This document shows positions 30,802 to 34,105 of a stretch of 34,105 bases of DNA, one piece after another (position 1 is the stretch's first letter; each line of letters begins with the position of its first letter). Under the pieces are notes generated by a model. That model was not told the DNA's origin and made no database searches. It saw nothing but the letters and a program-made list of their open reading frames with translations. Source of the stretch: Nanobdellota archaeon (GTDB taxonomy: Archaea; Nanobdellota; Nanobdellia; Pacearchaeales; GW2011-AR1). A program made the translations under genes and the position numbers. Where the stretch lies: contig JAKLIN010000002.1 in the NCBI GenBank assembly GCA_022709585.1, forward strand, positions 1 through 34,105, written 5' to 3'.

Positions 30802-32020
30802 TAACTGTTGGAATCAGCAAGCAACCCATCATATGAGTTCTTCTTATATCATAAGAAATACAATAAATTCCAGTTAAAGTGGAAACTGCAAAAACAATTA
30901 ATCCTAAAAATCCAGAAATAATAAAAATTACTCCTGTTAAAACAGCCAAGATTATCCAGGAAATTTTTGAATAATTAACTTTTGAAATTTTTTTAGATAA
31001 TAACCTTGCTAATTTTTCAGTTAAGAAAAAAGAGATTATTCCAGAAAATAAAGTCACAATTAAAATTAAAACTAAAAGTTGAAATGAAAACTGCCCTAAA
31101 AGATTGCCGATTGCTGCAGCTGCTCCGGTTCTGCTTCTAGAGATTAAATAAAGTGTAATAAATGAAAAACTCATCCCAAGAGTATTTGTTGCACCGAGCA
31201 AAACGAGAAATCCTTTTTGGTCAGTTTTAGTTATTGAACTTCCAATAACTGCAGCTTGCCCGCTTCCAAGCCCTGGAAGCAAACTTGAAATTGGCGAAGC
31301 AATTGTTGCCCCAATCAAAGGCAATAAAACTTTTTTATTTAACTTAACGGAAGTTATATCCTGTTCTGGAATTTTCGGTTTTGTTTTAATGCTTGTAATC
31401 AAAGAGGAAGCCCCAAACAACCCAGAAAGCAAGGGAAGAAGAGGCTCTTTCAAGGAATTTAAGTTAAGAGCAATCAATCCCAATATTCCTGTTAAACAAA
31501 AAATTAACAAAGCTAAAGATTTTTTCTTTTCTGAAAAAATTAATGCCCCAACAACTAAAATTAAAAGAAAAGCCATTACAGGAATTTGAGGGATGAAACT
31601 TAAAAGAGGAATATGAATCTTTGTTAAAAGCAATTCTTGAAACTGAGGAAGAAAAAAGAATGCGATTGGGGTGATTAAAAGAACAATAAAAATTGCGGCA
31701 ATGCTCCCGTAATTAGTTAGCATTATTGCTTGATAACCTTCTCCTTGTTTTAACATTTCATGTCCTGGAAGAATTGAAAGTTCTGTTTCAGTGTCAGGGC
31801 ATCCAAGAAAAATTGAAGGGATAAAGTCAATAAAAGTATTTGTTATTGCCATCGCAACAATTAACACAATAAGATAAACTGGTTGAATTAATCCTGAAAG
31901 AGTTATTGAAGAAGCAACAAGAACACTTCCAACTAAATTTGTATGAATTCCTGGCATTAAACCTGTAAAAACTCCCGCGAGAATTCCAATAACTGCAAAT
32001 AGAATTATCTCCAAAAGCAT
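30782..32020 (-). CDS. TctA-family/DUF112 integral membrane protein
   Basis: 412 aa polytopic. N-terminus ILAGVFTGLMPGIHTNLV and the later LLPGLGSGQAAVIGS are characteristic of the TctA/DUF112 (COG1784-like) family. Confidence 0.7.
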   Translation of the reverse strand: MLLEIILFAVIGILAGVFTGLMPGIHTNLVGSVLVASSITLSGLIQPVYLIVLIVAMAITNTFIDFIPSIFLGCPDTETELSILPGHEMLKQGEGYQAIMLTNYGSIAAIFIVLLITPIAFFFLPQFQELLLTKIHIPLLSFIPQIPVMAFLLILVVGALIFSEKKKSLALLIFCLTGILGLIALNLNSLKEPLLPLLSGLFGASSLITSIKTKPKIPEQDITSVKLNKKVLLPLIGATIASPISSLLPGLGSGQAAVIGSSITKTDQKGFLVLLGATNTLGMSFSFITLYLISRSRTGAAAAIGNLLGQFSFQLLVLILIVTLFSGIISFFLTEKLARLLSKKISKVNYSKISWIILAVLTGVIFIISGFLGLIVFAVSTLTGIYCISYDIRRTHMMGCLLIPTVITYLTL

Positions 32021-32045
32021 CGCTTTTCAGAAGATGCTATTTGTT

Positions 32046-32495
32046 TTATAGTTTTTTGTTTAAAACAGATTTATCTTTTTCCCAATAATTGAATTTAGTT
32101 TTCAGTTTATAGCCTCTTTTCTCTGCAAGATGATTCATAGAAATGTTCCAGTCTCTTACAATAAAAGCAATCTGTTTTATTTTGTACTTTTTAGCATAGG
32201 ATTCCATTTCTTCCAATAACTTATTTGCAATGCCTTTTCCTTGTTGATTTTTTGAAACAGCAATGCTTTCTACATACATCGCTTTATCTGAATTAATTGT
32301 AAATTCATTAAATCCAACAACTTTTTTGTTTATTTCTGCAATAATTAAATGAGTTTCATCATCTTTGAGCATTTTTTCAAAAAGATGTTTATTATACTCT
32401 CCGGGGTAATCTTCAATACTGTTAACCCCTTTCACAATCTTAACAAGTTGAGGAATATCTGCTTTTGTAGCTTTTCTTAATTTTATTGTTTCCAT
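32046..32495 (-). CDS. GNAT-family N-acetyltransferase
   Basis: 149 aa. Acetyl-CoA-binding motif A: VSKNQQGKGIANKLLEEM (Q/R-x-x-G-x-G/A). Confidence 0.85.
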   Translation of the reverse strand: METIKLRKATKADIPQLVKIVKGVNSIEDYPGEYNKHLFEKMLKDDETHLIIAEINKKVVGFNEFTINSDKAMYVESIAVSKNQQGKGIANKLLEEMESYAKKYKIKQIAFIVRDWNISMNHLAEKRGYKLKTKFNYWEKDKSVLNKKL

Positions 32496-32614
32496 CTTGT
32501 TTTGAACTCAAAAGAGTATTTAATTTCATCGATTAGATCTTTTAAGAATAATCTAAAATCTCAACAAACTTTAAAAATATCTTAATCTTACTGAAAAATA
32601 AAAGAGTGACTTTG

Positions 32615-34105
32615 ATGAGAAATAAAAAAATTATTCAAGCATTTGGATTTCTTTTTCTAGTTGTTATTTTGCTTTTATCTATTAATAGTCTTATAACTTT
32701 CACCGGAAAAGTTATAACTTCTAATCAAGATGTTCAATCTAATTTCATGTTGGATTCTTTTAGAGTTCAAGAAGTAAATTCTTTAGGGCAAACTAATCTT
32801 CTCGAAGGAAATACCGCATATTCTCCTTTAAATTCTTTTTCAGATATAAATAAAGTCGATCTTATTTCAGAGCAAGATTTTTTACAAGATAAATCTAAAG
32901 ACACTTCTTTGAATTATTCTGGATTTATAATTGAGTTAAAAGAAGAGCCTGCAGTTAAGAAAAAGTTTGAATTAGAAGAGTTAGCAAAAAAGAATCAAGA
33001 GATTATAGACACTGCTCCAATTTACAGTCCTGCTAGAGTCTTAAATTTAATCTCGGGAGTTGATGAAAAAAATTTAGATAGTTTTATTTCCAGTGCTCAA
33101 CAAAGGCAAATCTCTGAAAAAGAAAAAGTTAAACAAGAAGTTGTTAATCTTATTCAAGAAAAAATAAATCAAGGAAAAAATCCTTTAACAGGAAATGCAA
33201 TTTCAAACCCTTCTCAAATTAATTTAGAAGAAATTATTGTAGCAGAATTCCAAGATTTGTTTAATGGTTTTGCAATAGATGTTGATGAAGAAACAGCAAG
33301 AGAAATTGCAGAAATTGACGGAGTTAAAAGAGTTTGGCCAAATATGATTGTTCAAGCAACCTTAATGGAGTCTGTTCCTTTAATTCAAGGAGGAATCTCA
33401 GAATCGCAAGAAGATTCAGAAGGTAATTATTACAACGTGATTCAAGGAGGAATCCCTGCAGGGCAATTAGATTCTGAAGGGAATGACTGTCTTATTTCAG
33501 GAAAAGAATGTTTAACCGGTAAAGGGGTTAAAATCGCAATAATTGATACGGGTGTTGATTATACTCATCCAGATTTAGGGGCATGTACTCAAGAACAATT
33601 TTTATCCGGTAATTGTGAAAAAGTTATTGGAGGCTACGATTTTGTTACTTGTGAAGAATGGGGCTCTAAATCCGGAGGGTGTTCTATAACTCAAGAGGAA
33701 GATAACAATCCAATAGACGAAATGGGACATGGTACTCATTGTGCTTCTATTGCCGCAGGAAATGGAGTTTTAAAAGGAGTTGCTCCTGAAGCAGAAATTT
33801 TAGCTTATAGAGTTTTGAACTCTCAAGGAGGTGGAATGATGGATTGGGTTATTGCAGGAATTGAGCAAGCGGTAAAAGATAATGCAGATATTTTAAGTTT
33901 AAGTTTAGGATCTTCAAGAGGCAATCCTGATGATCCTCCTTCTAAAGCAATAGATAATGCTGTTTTAGCAGGAAAAATTGCAGTTGTTGCAGCTGGAAAT
34001 GACGGATTTTCTATAAGAACAATAGGAAGTCCTGGTTCTTCTCGAAAAGCGATTACAGTAGGTTCTTCAGATAAGTCTGTTTTTTTATCTTCTTTTTCAT
34101 CTAGG
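32615..34105 (+). CDS. secreted subtilisin-like serine protease (S8), N-terminal 497 aa; continues beyond the right edge
   Basis: Not in the ORF track (no stop). Own reading from the ATG at 32615 is open to the window end. Signal/anchor FGFLFLVVILLLSI, I9-like propeptide FNGFAIDVDEETAREIAEIDGVKRVWPN, catalytic Asp box VKIAIIDTGVDYTHPDL, His box GHGTHCASIAAG, Asn region VVAAGNDG. The Ser box lies beyond the window. Confidence 0.85.
   Translation, partial: MRNKKIIQAFGFLFLVVILLLSINSLITFTGKVITSNQDVQSNFMLDSFRVQEVNSLGQTNLLEGNTAYSPLNSFSDINKVDLISEQDFLQDKSKDTSLNYSGFIIELKEEPAVKKKFELEELAKKNQEIIDTAPIYSPARVLNLISGVDEKNLDSFISSAQQRQISEKEKVKQEVVNLIQEKINQGKNPLTGNAISNPSQINLEEIIVAEFQDLFNGFAIDVDEETAREIAEIDGVKRVWPNMIVQATLMESVPLIQGGISESQEDSEGNYYNVIQGGIPAGQLDSEGNDCLISGKECLTGKGVKIAIIDTGVDYTHPDLGACTQEQFLSGNCEKVIGGYDFVTCEEWGSKSGGCSITQEEDNNPIDEMGHGTHCASIAAGNGVLKGVAPEAEILAYRVLNSQGGGMMDWVIAGIEQAVKDNADILSLSLGSSRGNPDDPPSKAIDNAVLAGKIAVVAAGNDGFSIRTIGSPGSSRKAITVGSSDKSVFLSSFSSR

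Noticed and set aside
1810-31589. Numerous 62-144 aa ORFs in the track lie inside or antisense to longer genes. Examples: 1810-2013, 2897-3232, 4846-5085, 5173-5385, 6863-7153, 7520-7747, 8037-8354, 10279-10620, 10948-11217, 11821-12036, 12827-13261, 15202-15405, 15799-16002, 20888-21082, 25206-25463, 25930-26121, 27798-28091, 28151-28380, 28627-29358, 31389-31589.
   Set aside because: Each overlaps a longer ORF with clear family motifs. Their translations are low-complexity (S/F/L/I-rich), typical of shadow frames in AT-rich DNA. None has its own recognisable motif or ribosome-binding context.

Overview
AT-rich (about 30% GC by eye) archaeal chromosomal segment. It carries PolD (DP1/DP2), Orc1/Cdc6, archaeal RNA polymerase subunits D/F/N, archaeal or eukaryal-type ribosomal proteins (L18e, L21e) and RNase P Rpp21. 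The compact, overlapping genes fit a small-genome DPANN-like or euryarchaeal lineage. All family calls are motif recognition by eye; no searches were run.

Layout:
- 1-4.8 kb: envelope-glycan cluster (FemAB-like, DegT aminotransferase, SAM methyltransferase, GT4, Wzx-type flippase).
- 4.8-7.3 kb: secD-secF.
- 7.3-8.0 kb: three tRNA genes with a lone AbrB/SpoVT gene between them.
- 8.0-14.0 kb: information-processing block (rpoD, S11, S4, S13, DUF655, rpoF, L21e, rpoN, Rpp21, a stand-alone 5S rRNA, tRNA-Leu, L18e-L13-S9).
- 14.1-21.6 kb: accessory-looking segment. It holds an operon with a catalytic-domain-less serine-recombinase-domain protein and a putative RNase H-fold protein, a Xer-type tyrosine recombinase, an RRM/RGG RNA-binding protein, an M16 peptidase bracketed by about 72-nt direct repeats, a dense TGTTT/CTGTTTAAACAG repeat array, and two convergent paralogous coiled-coil/repeat-linker/wHTH genes plus a third small wHTH gene.
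- 21.7-30.4 kb: replication island (DHH phosphoesterase, PRC-barrel protein, an oriC with inverted ORB boxes around an AT-rich unwinding element, cdc6, PolD small and large subunits).
- 30.5-34.1 kb: membrane proteins, a GNAT acetyltransferase and a partial secreted subtilase.

The most unusual material is at 17.5-21.3 kb. A short DNA motif family occurs both as a noncoding iteron-like array and inside the linker-coding regions of the adjacent wHTH paralogs. A conserved repeated element also brackets a single peptidase gene.
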